Of a DNA stretch of 49,430 bases, positions 22,161 through 32,147 are shown piece by piece (positions within the stretch are counted from its first letter, which is position 1; each line of letters starts with the position of its first letter). The notes under the pieces were generated by a model. That model saw only the letters and a program-made list of their open reading frames with translations. It was not told the origin of the DNA and ran no database searches. Where the stretch lies: positions 1 to 49,430 of the forward strand of contig CANQIW010000001.1 of NCBI GenBank assembly GCA_947624055.1, read 5' to 3'. The stretch is from an uncultured Lachnospiraceae bacterium (GTDB lineage: Bacteria > Bacillota > Clostridia > Lachnospirales > Lachnospiraceae). The position numbers and the translations under genes were made by a program.

Positions 22161-22973
22161 TTACAGCACATCTGCGAAGTGAACTCTCAGTCGCCGGAAC
22201 ACCCACATCCCGAACAGAAACGCCCCGACCGTGAAGACCCAGAAATACAAGGTCCACAGCGGACGCTCCCAGAACCAGCGCTTATAGATGAACGCGTCGC
22301 GGTAGCCCGCAACGATATAGTAGACCGGATTCAGCTTGAGGATCTTCAGGATCATCGGATGCGCCGCCAGCATATTGTCCGCGATCCACATAATCGGCGT
22401 CATCCAGATGCCGACCTGCATCGCGATGCTGATAATCTGCGAGAGATCCCGGAAAAACACGACCACAGCGCTCGTGGCGTAGCACAGCCCGAGCGTCAGC
22501 AGGAAAAGTCCTCCTGTATAATAAAAAAGCTGGAGATAATACAGATCCGGGAAATGCCCGTAGAAACAATACAAAAGCGCGATAAAGAACACAAAAAACA
22601 GGTGGACGAACAGCGCCGAGATCATCTTGACGATCGGAAGCACGCTGATGTTGAATACCACCTTCTTGACCAGATAGCTGTACTCAATCAGCGCGTTTGT
22701 CCCCCCGTTCAGCGCATCCTGAAAAAAGAACCACGGCACGATACCAACCACCAGATATAAAACAAACGGCACCGGAAGCCCACCCTGATCCGCGCGGAAT
22801 CCTATCTGAAACACGAACCAGTACACCAGCACCGTCACGACCGGCTGCACAAACGCCCAGACAATTCCCAGATATGAACCTGCGAATTTCTTCCGGAAGT
22901 CGTTCTTCGCCAGTTTGTAAATCATCCTCCGACTCTGATAGATCTGCGCCGGCAATGAATTTTCCTTCTTCAT
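22161..22973 (-). CDS. wzm: Polysaccharide ABC exporter permease
   Basis: GSYLGIVWAFVQP, LNPVYYIV and FADVL motifs; six-TM pattern. Confidence 0.95.
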   Translation of the reverse strand: MKKENSLPAQIYQSRRMIYKLAKNDFRKKFAGSYLGIVWAFVQPVVTVLVYWFVFQIGFRADQGGLPVPFVLYLVVGIVPWFFFQDALNGGTNALIEYSYLVKKVVFNISVLPIVKMISALFVHLFFVFFIALLYCFYGHFPDLYYLQLFYYTGGLFLLTLGLCYATSAVVVFFRDLSQIISIAMQVGIWMTPIMWIADNMLAAHPMILKILKLNPVYYIVAGYRDAFIYKRWFWERPLWTLYFWVFTVGAFLFGMWVFRRLRVHFADVL

Positions 22974-22998
22974 ATACAAAGCTCCTGTGAGACGATTC

Positions 22999-23568
22999 TT
23001 ACTGATGTATGCCGCGCTCCTGCATATAAGCGCGCAGTCCGCCCCATTTCGTGTCCTTCTCTGACATGATCAGCTCCATCCCCTCCGGGATCGGCCACTC
23101 GATCCCAATGTCCGGATCGTCGTAGCGGATGCCGCCCTCGTCGTTCGGATGGTAGAAATCCGTGCACTTGTAGGCGAACTCCGCGTAGTCTGAGAGCACG
23201 AGGAAGCCGTGCGCAAAATTCTTCGGAATGAAGAATTGCTTTTTGTTCTCTGCGGAGAGACGCACGCCCTGCCACTGTCCGTAAGTCTTCGAACCCTCGC
23301 GCAGATCCACGACAACGTCGAACACCTCTCCGGAGATCACCCGCACGAGCTTATCCTGCGGATAGTTGATCTGGAAATGCATCCCGCGCAGCACGCCCTT
23401 CCGCGAGGCAGACTGGTTGTCCTGAACGAAGACCTGATCGATCCCGGCCTCTTTGAAGTCGTTGTAATTGTAGGTCTCCATAAAGTAGCCGCGGTCATCC
23501 CCGAACACCGCCGGGGTAATGATCTTCAGGCCTTCAATCGCACATGTTTCAACCGTTATCTTTCCCAT
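22999..23568 (-). CDS. rfbC: dTDP-4-dehydrorhamnose 3,5-epimerase
   Basis: DDRGYFME, VQDNQS, GVLRGMHFQ and FAHGF motifs. Confidence 0.96.
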   Translation of the reverse strand: MGKITVETCAIEGLKIITPAVFGDDRGYFMETYNYNDFKEAGIDQVFVQDNQSASRKGVLRGMHFQINYPQDKLVRVISGEVFDVVVDLREGSKTYGQWQGVRLSAENKKQFFIPKNFAHGFLVLSDYAEFAYKCTDFYHPNDEGGIRYDDPDIGIEWPIPEGMELIMSEKDTKWGGLRAYMQERGIHQ

Positions 23569-23570
23569 AT

Positions 23571-24440
23571 TTATAATCCCTCCGCGACCTCAATCATATA
23601 TTTTCCGTATGCGGTCTTCAAGAGCGGCTGCGCCAGCGCGATCAGCTGTTCCTTGTCGATAAAGCCCCTCTTGTACGCAATCTCTTCGATACAGGAAACG
23701 TAAAGTCCCTGACGCTTCTGAAACGCCGCCACGAAATCGGAGGCGTCCAGCAGCGAATCGTGGCTGCCCGTGTCAAGCCACGCGAAACCACGTCCCATCT
23801 TCTCCACATAGAGCATGCCGCGGCGCAGATATTCGTTGTTCACGCTCGTGATCTCAATCTCACCGCGCGCGGAAGGCCTGACATTCTTCGCGATCTCCAC
23901 GACGCTGTTGTCGTAGAAGTAAAGTCCCGGCACCGCATAGTTCGATTTCGGGTGCTCCGGCTTCTCTTCAATCGAGATCGCTTTTCCGCCCTCGTCAAAC
24001 TCAACGACGCCATACTCCCGCGGATCACGCACATAGTAGCCGAAGATCGTCGCGCCCTCCTTACGGGAAGCCACATCCAGAAGCAGCTTCGAAAAGCTCT
24101 GCCCGTAGAAAATATTGTCGCCGAGCACAAGCGCCACGCGGTCGTCCCCGATAAATTCCGCACCGATCAGAAACGCGTCCGCCAGTCCGCGCGGCGTCTC
24201 CTGCACCGCGTAGGAGAGCGTCAGACCGAGCTGTTCTCCGGTTCCCAGAAGCTCCTCAAAAACAGGGAGGTCTCTGGGCGTCGAAATAATCAGGATCTCG
24301 CGGATACCCGCCAACATCAATGTCGACAGCGGATAGTAGATCATCGGCTTATCGTAGACCGGAAGGATCTGCTTGGACACCGCCTTTGTCAGCGGGTAAA
24401 GCCTCGTGCCGGAACCTCCGGCCAGTATGATTCCCTTCAT
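23571..24440 (-). CDS. rfbA: Glucose-1-phosphate thymidylyltransferase
   Basis: [28 protein letters not shown] and RGFAWLDTG motifs. Confidence 0.97.
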   Translation of the reverse strand: MKGIILAGGSGTRLYPLTKAVSKQILPVYDKPMIYYPLSTLMLAGIREILIISTPRDLPVFEELLGTGEQLGLTLSYAVQETPRGLADAFLIGAEFIGDDRVALVLGDNIFYGQSFSKLLLDVASRKEGATIFGYYVRDPREYGVVEFDEGGKAISIEEKPEHPKSNYAVPGLYFYDNSVVEIAKNVRPSARGEIEITSVNNEYLRRGMLYVEKMGRGFAWLDTGSHDSLLDASDFVAAFQKRQGLYVSCIEEIAYKRGFIDKEQLIALAQPLLKTAYGKYMIEVAEGL

Positions 24441-24530
24441 CGTATACTCCTTATCGATTCGCGTACAGACTCCCGTCTGAAATTTTTCTTATCACATTTT
24501 CGGCAGTCTGCCTTTTCTGCTCCGAACATT

Positions 24531-25610
24531 TTATTTCTGGTACATTTCTTCGTAATATTTCTGGTAGTCCCCGCTCGTCACGTTCTTCATCCACTCCTCG
24601 TTCTCGAAGAACCAGCGGATCGTCTTGCGGATGCCTTCCTCGAACATCGTCTCCGGCTCCCAGCCAACCTCAGCGCGGATCTTATCCGGCGCGATCGCGT
24701 AGCGGCGGTCATGCCCCTTGCGGTCCGTCACATAGGTAATCAGCCTGTCGCTCACCAGCTCCCTGCGCGGATCGTCCTCCGGCAGCATCTCCTGCAGCGT
24801 GTCCAGAATGATATGTATGATCTGAATGTTCTGTTTCTCGTTGTGTCCGCCGATGTTGTACGTCTCAAACAGGCGTCCCTTCTCCTGCACCATATCGATG
24901 CCCTTCGCGTGATCCTCCACGTACAGCCAGTCGCGGACGTTCTTGCCGTCGCCGTAGACCGGGAGCTCCTTCCCGTGCAGCGCGTTGTTGATGATCAGCG
25001 GGATCAGCTTCTCCGGAAACTGATACGGACCGTAATTGTTGCTGCAGTTCGTAATGTTCGCCGGAAAATGGTAGGTGTCCATGTAGGCCTTCACCAGCAT
25101 GTCCGAGGACGCCTTGCTGGCCGAGTACGGGCTGTGCGGAGCGTAGGGCGTCGTCTCATAGAAATATTCGCCATCCTTCTCCAGCGAACCGTAGACCTCA
25201 TCCGTGGAGACGTGCAGGAACTTCCTGTCCGGCCTGAACGTCCCGTCTGGAAGCTCCCAGGCCGCCTTCGCCGCGTTCAGCATCACGAGCGTACCCAGCA
25301 CATTTGTCTTCACAAAGACCTCCGGATCACGGATGCTGCGGTCCACATGGCTCTCCGCCGCGAAGTGCACGACGCGGTCGATATCATTCTCCCCGAAGAT
25401 CCTGTTGATCGCCGCGGAATCGCAGATGTCCGCACGGATGAATGTATAATTCTCCCTGTCCTCAATGTCCTTCAGATTCTCGAGATTTCCTGCGTAAGTC
25501 AGCTTATCCACGTTGATGATGCGGATGCTGTCGCCGTACTTGCGAAACATATAATGGATATAATTGGAGCCGATGAAACCGGCCCCTCCCGTGACGAGGT
25601 AGGTTCTCAT
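24531..25610 (-). CDS. rfbB: dTDP-glucose 4,6-dehydratase
   Basis: TGGAGFIGSN, AAESHVDRS, STDEVYG and YSASK motifs. Confidence 0.97.
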   Translation of the reverse strand: MRTYLVTGGAGFIGSNYIHYMFRKYGDSIRIINVDKLTYAGNLENLKDIEDRENYTFIRADICDSAAINRIFGENDIDRVVHFAAESHVDRSIRDPEVFVKTNVLGTLVMLNAAKAAWELPDGTFRPDRKFLHVSTDEVYGSLEKDGEYFYETTPYAPHSPYSASKASSDMLVKAYMDTYHFPANITNCSNNYGPYQFPEKLIPLIINNALHGKELPVYGDGKNVRDWLYVEDHAKGIDMVQEKGRLFETYNIGGHNEKQNIQIIHIILDTLQEMLPEDDPRRELVSDRLITYVTDRKGHDRRYAIAPDKIRAEVGWEPETMFEEGIRKTIRWFFENEEWMKNVTSGDYQKYYEEMYQK

Positions 25611-25652
25611 GATTGTCCTCCGTAATATACCGATATTGAAAAGCTGTGGTTC

Positions 25653-25681
25653 AGTATAACATTAATCGGCGGGAAATTCAA
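25653..25681 (-). promoter_or_regulatory. Sigma-A promoter for rfbBAC-wzm-wzt
   Basis: TTGAAT-17 nt-TATACT with an extended TGn. Confidence 0.65.
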
Positions 25682-25758
25682 GCCATGTACACCCTGAGCA
25701 AAAATATCCCGCAAAATCCAAGCATTTCATGCTGTAGACTGTCACGGGATAGTCCTGT

Positions 25759-26286
25759 TCACCGCACTTCGGAATCAAAAACTGCCATTCTGTACGCGTC
25801 CCAATATGTACCGTCCGGCGCAATAGCCTCCTTTTCCAGTCTGGCTTCTTCATGAAAACCCGCGTTTTTCAACAGGGCAATCTCATCGGCAAAGCAAGAA
25901 AACACATACGAATAGACCTTATGCATCCCGAATTCTCCAAAAGCCTTGTCAAGCAGCAAACGTATCGCCTGCATCTGGCTCTCCGTATTCCATTCCTCAT
26001 CATCACTTGTAAAGATACACAGCTCACAACGTCGATTAATTCTATCAATGTCCTTCAGATAAACCGTCGCGATCGGATATGATGCGACTTCATACTCATC
26101 GTCTATCCGGTAGACAATATACTGCCTATATTGCCCGGTCTCCACAAATGTTCTGTAAAACTCCCTGTTGGATTCCAGAGTAACCGGTCTGCGATTAAAA
26201 CAATGCATGGCAACCTGCGGAGAATTTCTCCATTTCACAATCTTCGGCCCATCTTCCAAGGTGACCGGACATAAATAAATTCTCAT
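25759..26286 (-). CDS. GNAT N-acyltransferase (PseH/RimJ-like)
   Basis: IVKWRNS, AFGEFGMHKVY and GFHEEARL motifs. Confidence 0.78.
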   Translation of the reverse strand: MRIYLCPVTLEDGPKIVKWRNSPQVAMHCFNRRPVTLESNREFYRTFVETGQYRQYIVYRIDDEYEVASYPIATVYLKDIDRINRRCELCIFTSDDEEWNTESQMQAIRLLLDKAFGEFGMHKVYSYVFSCFADEIALLKNAGFHEEARLEKEAIAPDGTYWDAYRMAVFDSEVR

Positions 26287-26377
26287 ACACCCATCCTCTC
26301 TCTATATCGGGGAATAATCGCTGCTACCTCGCGGCTTCATAATTCTCAGAGTTTATAAAATTCTGTTTGACTTTTTA

Positions 26378-27346
26378 TCAGCATACTATTTCATATAAAG
26401 TTCGCCTGACCTTTTCCGCCGCCTCCAAAAACTTCCCATATTCGTCGGACTCCCAATTTTCCTTTATCCTCTGCTGCACACCCGCCGAACCTATGACCGA
26501 AGGTACAGAAAGAGAAACCCCATTCACGCCATGCTCGTCCATCAGCGGAGAAGTCACTGACACAATCGTCGGCTTCCGATTCAAAATCGCATCCGCAAGA
26601 TAACATACGCAAGTGGCGATTCCATAATGCGTCTTACCCTTTGCTTTGATAATTTCAGCACCCATTCCGCGAATCTTTCCTGCAATCTTTTCCCGCACAT
26701 CCTTATCCCATGGGATGTTCATTTCACTACAATACTCACCAACCGGAACACCTCCGATGGTCACCCTGCTCCAAACCGGCACCTGGCCGTCTCCATGTTC
26801 ACCGATCAGATAACCGCTGACCGCATTGGTACTTATGCCGACATAATCGGCAACAACCCGCACAAACCGAGATGTATCAAGAAGGCAGCCCGATCCAAAC
26901 ACCATCCCGTTCGGCAAATCCATCCATTCGCTAACTTTCTGCGTCAGAATATCCACTGGATTGGAGATCAGAAGGATCACGCCCCTTGTATAGTATTTCT
27001 TAATTGATCGGATCACCTCGTACATGATCCCTGCATTGTCCCTGGCGAGGTCAAGCCGCGTCTCTCCGACTTTCCGGTTTCTCCCGGCCGTGATAATGAT
27101 AAGATCACAGTCTGCACAATCTTCATAGGTTCCACTGCGGACAGATGAATTCCCCATGTACGGAATGCCATGCTGTATATCCAAAGCCTCGCCAATAGCA
27201 CGCTCCTCAATCATATCGATCAGCACGATCTCTCCCGCCAGATTTCGTATCGTAAGCGCATACGCAATCGATGCGCCGACATTGCCAACGCCAATAATTG
27301 CTACCTTCCTGCTGTTTTGAATAGATGTGATATCTGCCATTTTCAT
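26378..27346 (-). CDS. LDH/MDH-family 2-hydroxyacid dehydrogenase, probably malate-type
   Basis: GVGNVG, TAGRNRKVGETRLDL, SNPVD, LDTSR and GEHGD motifs. Confidence 0.85.
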   Translation of the reverse strand: MKMADITSIQNSRKVAIIGVGNVGASIAYALTIRNLAGEIVLIDMIEERAIGEALDIQHGIPYMGNSSVRSGTYEDCADCDLIIITAGRNRKVGETRLDLARDNAGIMYEVIRSIKKYYTRGVILLISNPVDILTQKVSEWMDLPNGMVFGSGCLLDTSRFVRVVADYVGISTNAVSGYLIGEHGDGQVPVWSRVTIGGVPVGEYCSEMNIPWDKDVREKIAGKIRGMGAEIIKAKGKTHYGIATCVCYLADAILNRKPTIVSVTSPLMDEHGVNGVSLSVPSVIGSAGVQQRIKENWESDEYGKFLEAAEKVRRTLYEIVC

Positions 27347-27389
27347 ACCTCAAACTAAAATGGGACTATTGCCCTGTCGTCTTGCCACT

Positions 27390-28625
27390 TTATAATGATA
27401 CCACTCTCGTCAGTCTCTCTGCAAGATTATATCCGTCCCAAATCAGGTCAAAGTCCATTGTATGTCCTACAGGCACTACTCTGTCTATCCCTCTCACTCC
27501 CGCCTTTATCAGCGGAAGCAACATTTCTTTTGCTCCCAGATACCCTATCGTCTGGCATCGGTCATCATTGCATAGTTCCGCCAGATTCAAAACATCCTCT
27601 GTCACATATTCCAGGAAAAAACCTGCATTATCAAAATACCCTGCCGCCTTCTTTTCAACCCTGTCAATCTCCACACAGACAAGTCTATTGTCCACCCCGT
27701 CAGGCAAACGGCTTCTCGATACACCGGTTTCAGCATCCGCGGCCAGCAAATATTTTTTCGTAAGCTTATTCACACCTTGAATATCCTGAAAAGTGTATTC
27801 AGCTTCAACGATTTCCCATAGCCCTTTCCAGAACTCTTCTCTTGTCGCCGCGACCTCCTCCCTTTTATTCCTTGCAGTATTTAACCATACGATTATTCTC
27901 GGACTCGTACAGGCATTCTGATCTGTCAGGTAAGTGTCATTATAAAATGCTCGCGCAATTTTTCGTTTTTCCTGTCCGTCGGACGAAGCATACTTTGCCG
28001 CATCTATCACCGCAAGTGAAAAACGGTCTGCAAACGTAATTTCCGATGCCCTCGGTTTCAGAGAAGATTTTCTAATCTCCGCTACCACAGCATCGCCGCC
28101 CCAAATAATCCTTACATCGCACATCGCCGAAAGTCTGTCGTTGACTTCCTTCTCATGCCCATATCGCACCAGACACAGATAGGATCTCATGTTGGGGTAT
28201 TCCCTCAGAGCCTTTTCGAGCGCGTCCACGATGATACGGATTTGCTGAAAATCCCTGGACGGAATCCGAACCACATTTGCATTGCCGCATAATAGCCCTG
28301 CAAACAAAGAGTAGGCAAAATTTACCGGAACATTAGATGGAGCCACATGAAAGACCACTCCTCTTCCCATATGTATGTTTCCATCCTCAACCAGAAATCT
28401 TTTCCTGAGTTTCTCCGTGGAGCCCCTCCTGAGCCAGAATCCGAGCGTCACAATATCTGGATAGTTTTTCCCCGCCGGAGTCTTCATCAGCTCCTTTGAA
28501 ACCTCTCCGCAAAACCCCAGCAGTTCCTCCGAAAAAGGTTCCCTTCCTGCAAGCCCCGACATCGCCTCCAGTATTTCTTCACTTCCCAATACATACTTTA
28601 TGCTGTTTTCCATTCCTTTTCCCAT
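27390..28625 (-). CDS. LuxC-like acyl-CoA/acyl-protein reductase
   Basis: GVVFHVAPSNVP, WGGD and DQNACTSP (catalytic Cys) motifs. Confidence 0.88.
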   Translation of the reverse strand: MGKGMENSIKYVLGSEEILEAMSGLAGREPFSEELLGFCGEVSKELMKTPAGKNYPDIVTLGFWLRRGSTEKLRKRFLVEDGNIHMGRGVVFHVAPSNVPVNFAYSLFAGLLCGNANVVRIPSRDFQQIRIIVDALEKALREYPNMRSYLCLVRYGHEKEVNDRLSAMCDVRIIWGGDAVVAEIRKSSLKPRASEITFADRFSLAVIDAAKYASSDGQEKRKIARAFYNDTYLTDQNACTSPRIIVWLNTARNKREEVAATREEFWKGLWEIVEAEYTFQDIQGVNKLTKKYLLAADAETGVSRSRLPDGVDNRLVCVEIDRVEKKAAGYFDNAGFFLEYVTEDVLNLAELCNDDRCQTIGYLGAKEMLLPLIKAGVRGIDRVVPVGHTMDFDLIWDGYNLAERLTRVVSL

Positions 28626-28628
28626 CTC

Positions 28629-29567
28629 TCATGCCTCTGGGGCATCGCCTTTGATCGCTTTCACTACCCTCTCGATGTCCTCAAATGCGGATACGTTTAA
28701 TACCTTCGCCTCCGGCGCTATCTTTTTCATAAATTTAGCAAGTGTACCGCCCGGCCCGATCTCTATGAACAGGTCTGTCCCTTCCGCAAGCATCCGTTCC
28801 ATGCTCTGCATCCATTTGACCGGCGCTGACATCTGCTGCACCAGCAAATCCCTGGTTTCACCAATATCCGTTACCACATCCGCAGTGACGTTTGTAATAT
28901 ACGGTATCTTCAGCTCCGATAAGCGAATCTTATCAATTTCTTCTGCCAGTTCCCCACACGCCGAGGCCATCATGGGTGAATGGAAAGGGCCGCTGACATT
29001 CAGCATGAGACATCGCTTCGCCCCCGCTTTCCTCAATTCTTCAGCTGCCTGTTTCACTGCCTGTTTTCTTCCCGTAATTACAATCTGCCCCGGACAGTTA
29101 TAATTCGCAATCGTCACATCCCTGATCGGTTCAATTACCCTTTCAATTACGTCGGCATCCAACTTTATAACAGCACACATTGCGCCCTCTCCCTCAGGCA
29201 CTGCGTTTTGCATCAGCTTTCCGCGCAGCCTGACCAGCCTGATTGCGTCCATCGGCTCCATGCCGCCTGCTGCCGCTATCGCGCAATATTCGCCCAGACT
29301 CAGCCCTGCCGTGATATCGGGATGGATTCCTTCCTCAAGCAATACCCTTGTCATCGCCAGACTTGTCGTAACCATCGACGCCTGCGTGTACTCTGTCTGA
29401 TGAAGTCTTTCATCCTGTTCAAAGCACATCGCTTTTACATCAAAGTCGAGTAATTCATCCGCCTCGTCATATATGCCTCTGGCCAATGCCGAGTTCTCAT
29501 AAAAGTCTTTTCCCATACCAGCTTCCTGGGCGCCCTGCCCAGGGTACAAAAATGCGATCTTTTTCAT
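28629..29567 (-). CDS. fabD: Malonyl-CoA:ACP transacylase
   Basis: PGQGAQ, GLSLGEY, ANYNCPGQ and VSGPFHS motifs. Confidence 0.93.
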   Translation of the reverse strand: MKKIAFLYPGQGAQEAGMGKDFYENSALARGIYDEADELLDFDVKAMCFEQDERLHQTEYTQASMVTTSLAMTRVLLEEGIHPDITAGLSLGEYCAIAAAGGMEPMDAIRLVRLRGKLMQNAVPEGEGAMCAVIKLDADVIERVIEPIRDVTIANYNCPGQIVITGRKQAVKQAAEELRKAGAKRCLMLNVSGPFHSPMMASACGELAEEIDKIRLSELKIPYITNVTADVVTDIGETRDLLVQQMSAPVKWMQSMERMLAEGTDLFIEIGPGGTLAKFMKKIAPEAKVLNVSAFEDIERVVKAIKGDAPEA

Positions 29568-29574
29568 CCTGCCC

Positions 29575-30687
29575 TCATCTTTTCATCTCGTAAGTGTCAC
29601 TGCATCCTCTGATCTCTGCATTTTTCAGCCTTCCGTTCACCTTGAAATATTTCCCTTTTCTTCCGCATGGGCAGTCATCCTCACCTAGTATCACGCCGAT
29701 ATCCTCAGTCAACAGGCAATGTCCCGGATAGGATTCCGGGATAGATGAAATCACTTCAAGGATTCCTTCCTCTCCTGTCCCGCAGACAGAAAAATCTTTA
29801 GGATTCCGCACAATCACGTCCGAAAACACACTTGCATGTAAATGTCCACATTCGCACTCCATATAGATGCATCCTGTCTGCTCTGCCATTCCATAATAAT
29901 CATGCACTCTGGCAATCCCGCAGGCCTCGGCAAGCGCCCTCTTGAATTCCTCCGCAGACACCGCCTCATTTGCTAATTTCTTCCAGCCTCCTCCGTGAAT
30001 CAATATGCCTTCCGACAGATCAAAGGATATCCCCTGCTCCTTCAGGCGAACCAGTTCTTTGTAAAAATATTGCCAGATCATAAAAGTAAAACCAAACAGC
30101 AGGATTTTTTCTCCCTGATGCTTCTGCAAAAAGGCTTCCACTGTTTCCACATCCAGTCCCATATCCGCGTCGCGCAGGGCATATACCTTGTCTCTCCCAA
30201 AAATAGAAAAGCCCAGGATTCCCGCTCCCCTTGCCGAAAACATCCTGCGGTCTTTTACTACGGAAGGGCAGTCAATGATCAGCATCGGCATCCTCGATGC
30301 CCCCGTAAAATCCGATACAATCTTCGCCAGAACCTTCTGCTGGTTCATCGAAGTCGTTCTGTCCAGATAGATCCTCGACACAGCCTGCCCTGTCGTACCT
30401 GAGCTCGTCATCGTCTTCACGACCTCATCCTGATCCACAGACTTCAAGCTTAACTCCTTAAACAGACGGACAGGGAGAAACGGCACATCCTCATACGACA
30501 GCTTTCCCCCGGCGACCATATCGTTCTTCTCCTTTGTAAAGCCATCCACTTCCAGCATCCTTCGATACTCCGGGCATCTGCCGGCATGTAGACAAACTAA
30601 ATCGCTTATCCGCCTGGACAGAAGCCTGCGTTTCTCCTGCCCGCCCTGCTCATATGGCTTCAATGTCAGATATTCGTCATAATCCAT
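29575..30687 (-). CDS. LuxE-like acyl-protein synthetase
   Basis: FLPVRLFK, TSSGTTG, HGGGWKK, YYGMAEQ and terminal EIRGCS motifs; start reassigned to MDYDEY. Confidence 0.9.
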   Translation of the reverse strand: MDYDEYLTLKPYEQGGQEKRRLLSRRISDLVCLHAGRCPEYRRMLEVDGFTKEKNDMVAGGKLSYEDVPFLPVRLFKELSLKSVDQDEVVKTMTSSGTTGQAVSRIYLDRTTSMNQQKVLAKIVSDFTGASRMPMLIIDCPSVVKDRRMFSARGAGILGFSIFGRDKVYALRDADMGLDVETVEAFLQKHQGEKILLFGFTFMIWQYFYKELVRLKEQGISFDLSEGILIHGGGWKKLANEAVSAEEFKRALAEACGIARVHDYYGMAEQTGCIYMECECGHLHASVFSDVIVRNPKDFSVCGTGEEGILEVISSIPESYPGHCLLTEDIGVILGEDDCPCGRKGKYFKVNGRLKNAEIRGCSDTYEMKR

Positions 30688-32125
30688 AATACTTTTCCAA
30701 TTCCCTATATTGTACTTTCCCTGCGTCATTTTTCGGGATCTCTTTTATAACAACTGTCTGAAAGGCTGCCGCATTCAAGCCGGTCTTTTCTGCCACATAC
30801 TTTTTCAGCAATACCTCCACGTTATCATCCCTATATTTCTTCTGCAGATCATTTTTCGTCCCTTCTGCCACAAAAATATACACATGATCATCGATTCCGC
30901 CACAGCTGCACTCGATATTCCCAAATCCGGCTTTCAAAAGACCGTCTAACTCATCTAAATTCACCCGGTTTCCATACACCTTTAGAAAGCGTTTCTTGCG
31001 ACCTACTATGTAATAATAACCTTCCTCGTCTCTTTTCGCCATGTCCCCAGTTTCCAGATAGCCGTTTCGCACATCGCCCAGCGCAAGATCCTCCGGCTTC
31101 TCTGCGTACCCCATCGTGACATTCGGCCCCTCATAAACCAGCTCTCCGGTTACATAAGCTTCACTTATCTCTTTTCCATCTCCGTCAATCAGTCGAAATC
31201 TGCCTCCCGGAATCGCTATTCCCATGGAACCGCATTTCTCCAGTGTTTTTTCCGCAGGTAGGTAACCCATTCGAGCAGTTGCTTCGCACTGTCCATACAT
31301 GACTATAAATTTTTTCTCATTTGCTGCTGCATATTCTGCAAACCTTCGATGCAGTTCTGGATCCAGTTTCCCTCCTGCCTGCGTCATATAACGCAATGAG
31401 GGAAGAGCCATCCTGTAAAACTTCAATTTATCAAGCATCTCGTACGTATACGGTACTCCGCCAAAAGAGGTTGCCTGACTATTTCTAAAAAAAGACCAGA
31501 ATTCCTTCTGCATCAGTCCTTTTTCTGTTACCAGCAAAGTAGCTCCCACTAAGAGATGGCTGTTGACGATAGACAACCCATAGGTATAATTCATCGGCAG
31601 AGTCGTAATCGCCCTTTCATCGCTACTAAGTTCAAGATACTTCGCTATCGACTTCGCATTGCTCAATACATTTTCATAACTCTGTCTTACAAATTTAGGA
31701 CTCCCGGTTGATCCCGATGTGGTAAGCAAAAGGCACAGATCCTCATGCAATGGATATTCAATATCATAATCCGTCTGTAAAAGCGAATATCCATACGCAT
31801 GATACAATTCAGTCATACTGCTAAAATATTCTTTCTGTCCTGATGGAAGCCACACAAACGCAGGCATATATGTCTTAAGAAGATTCTCCAAAAGTCCTGT
31901 TTCAAGATGCGCATTGACAAGAACCGGCACGATGCCATGGCTGATAAATGAAATATAGCCAAGCAGGGAACCTGTCGTGTTTGTACATAGAATAAACGTC
32001 AGACAACGCTTTTTTATCCTTGATGAAAGTTCACTTCCTAATGAGTCTAATTCCCCATATGTAATATGATTATTAAACTCATCCATTATCACTATATTAT
32101 CTTCAAAGCTTCTCAAATCCCACAT
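30677..32125 (-). CDS. AMP-binding (adenylate-forming) acyl-CoA/acyl-ACP ligase
   Basis: TTSGSTGSPK, MYGQCEAT, TGD, GRKKRF and PKNDAGK motifs. Confidence 0.9.
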   Translation of the reverse strand: MWDLRSFEDNIVIMDEFNNHITYGELDSLGSELSSRIKKRCLTFILCTNTTGSLLGYISFISHGIVPVLVNAHLETGLLENLLKTYMPAFVWLPSGQKEYFSSMTELYHAYGYSLLQTDYDIEYPLHEDLCLLLTTSGSTGSPKFVRQSYENVLSNAKSIAKYLELSSDERAITTLPMNYTYGLSIVNSHLLVGATLLVTEKGLMQKEFWSFFRNSQATSFGGVPYTYEMLDKLKFYRMALPSLRYMTQAGGKLDPELHRRFAEYAAANEKKFIVMYGQCEATARMGYLPAEKTLEKCGSMGIAIPGGRFRLIDGDGKEISEAYVTGELVYEGPNVTMGYAEKPEDLALGDVRNGYLETGDMAKRDEEGYYYIVGRKKRFLKVYGNRVNLDELDGLLKAGFGNIECSCGGIDDHVYIFVAEGTKNDLQKKYRDDNVEVLLKKYVAEKTGLNAAAFQTVVIKEIPKNDAGKVQYRELEKYYGL

Positions 32126-32147
32126 GTTCTTCCCCTAAAAGGATCTG

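Noticed and set aside
23760..25625. 621-aa plus-strand ORF
   Set aside because: Antisense to rfbA and rfbB.
27390..30687. Bioluminescence operon
   Set aside because: No luxA, luxB or luxD; the context is glycan biosynthesis.
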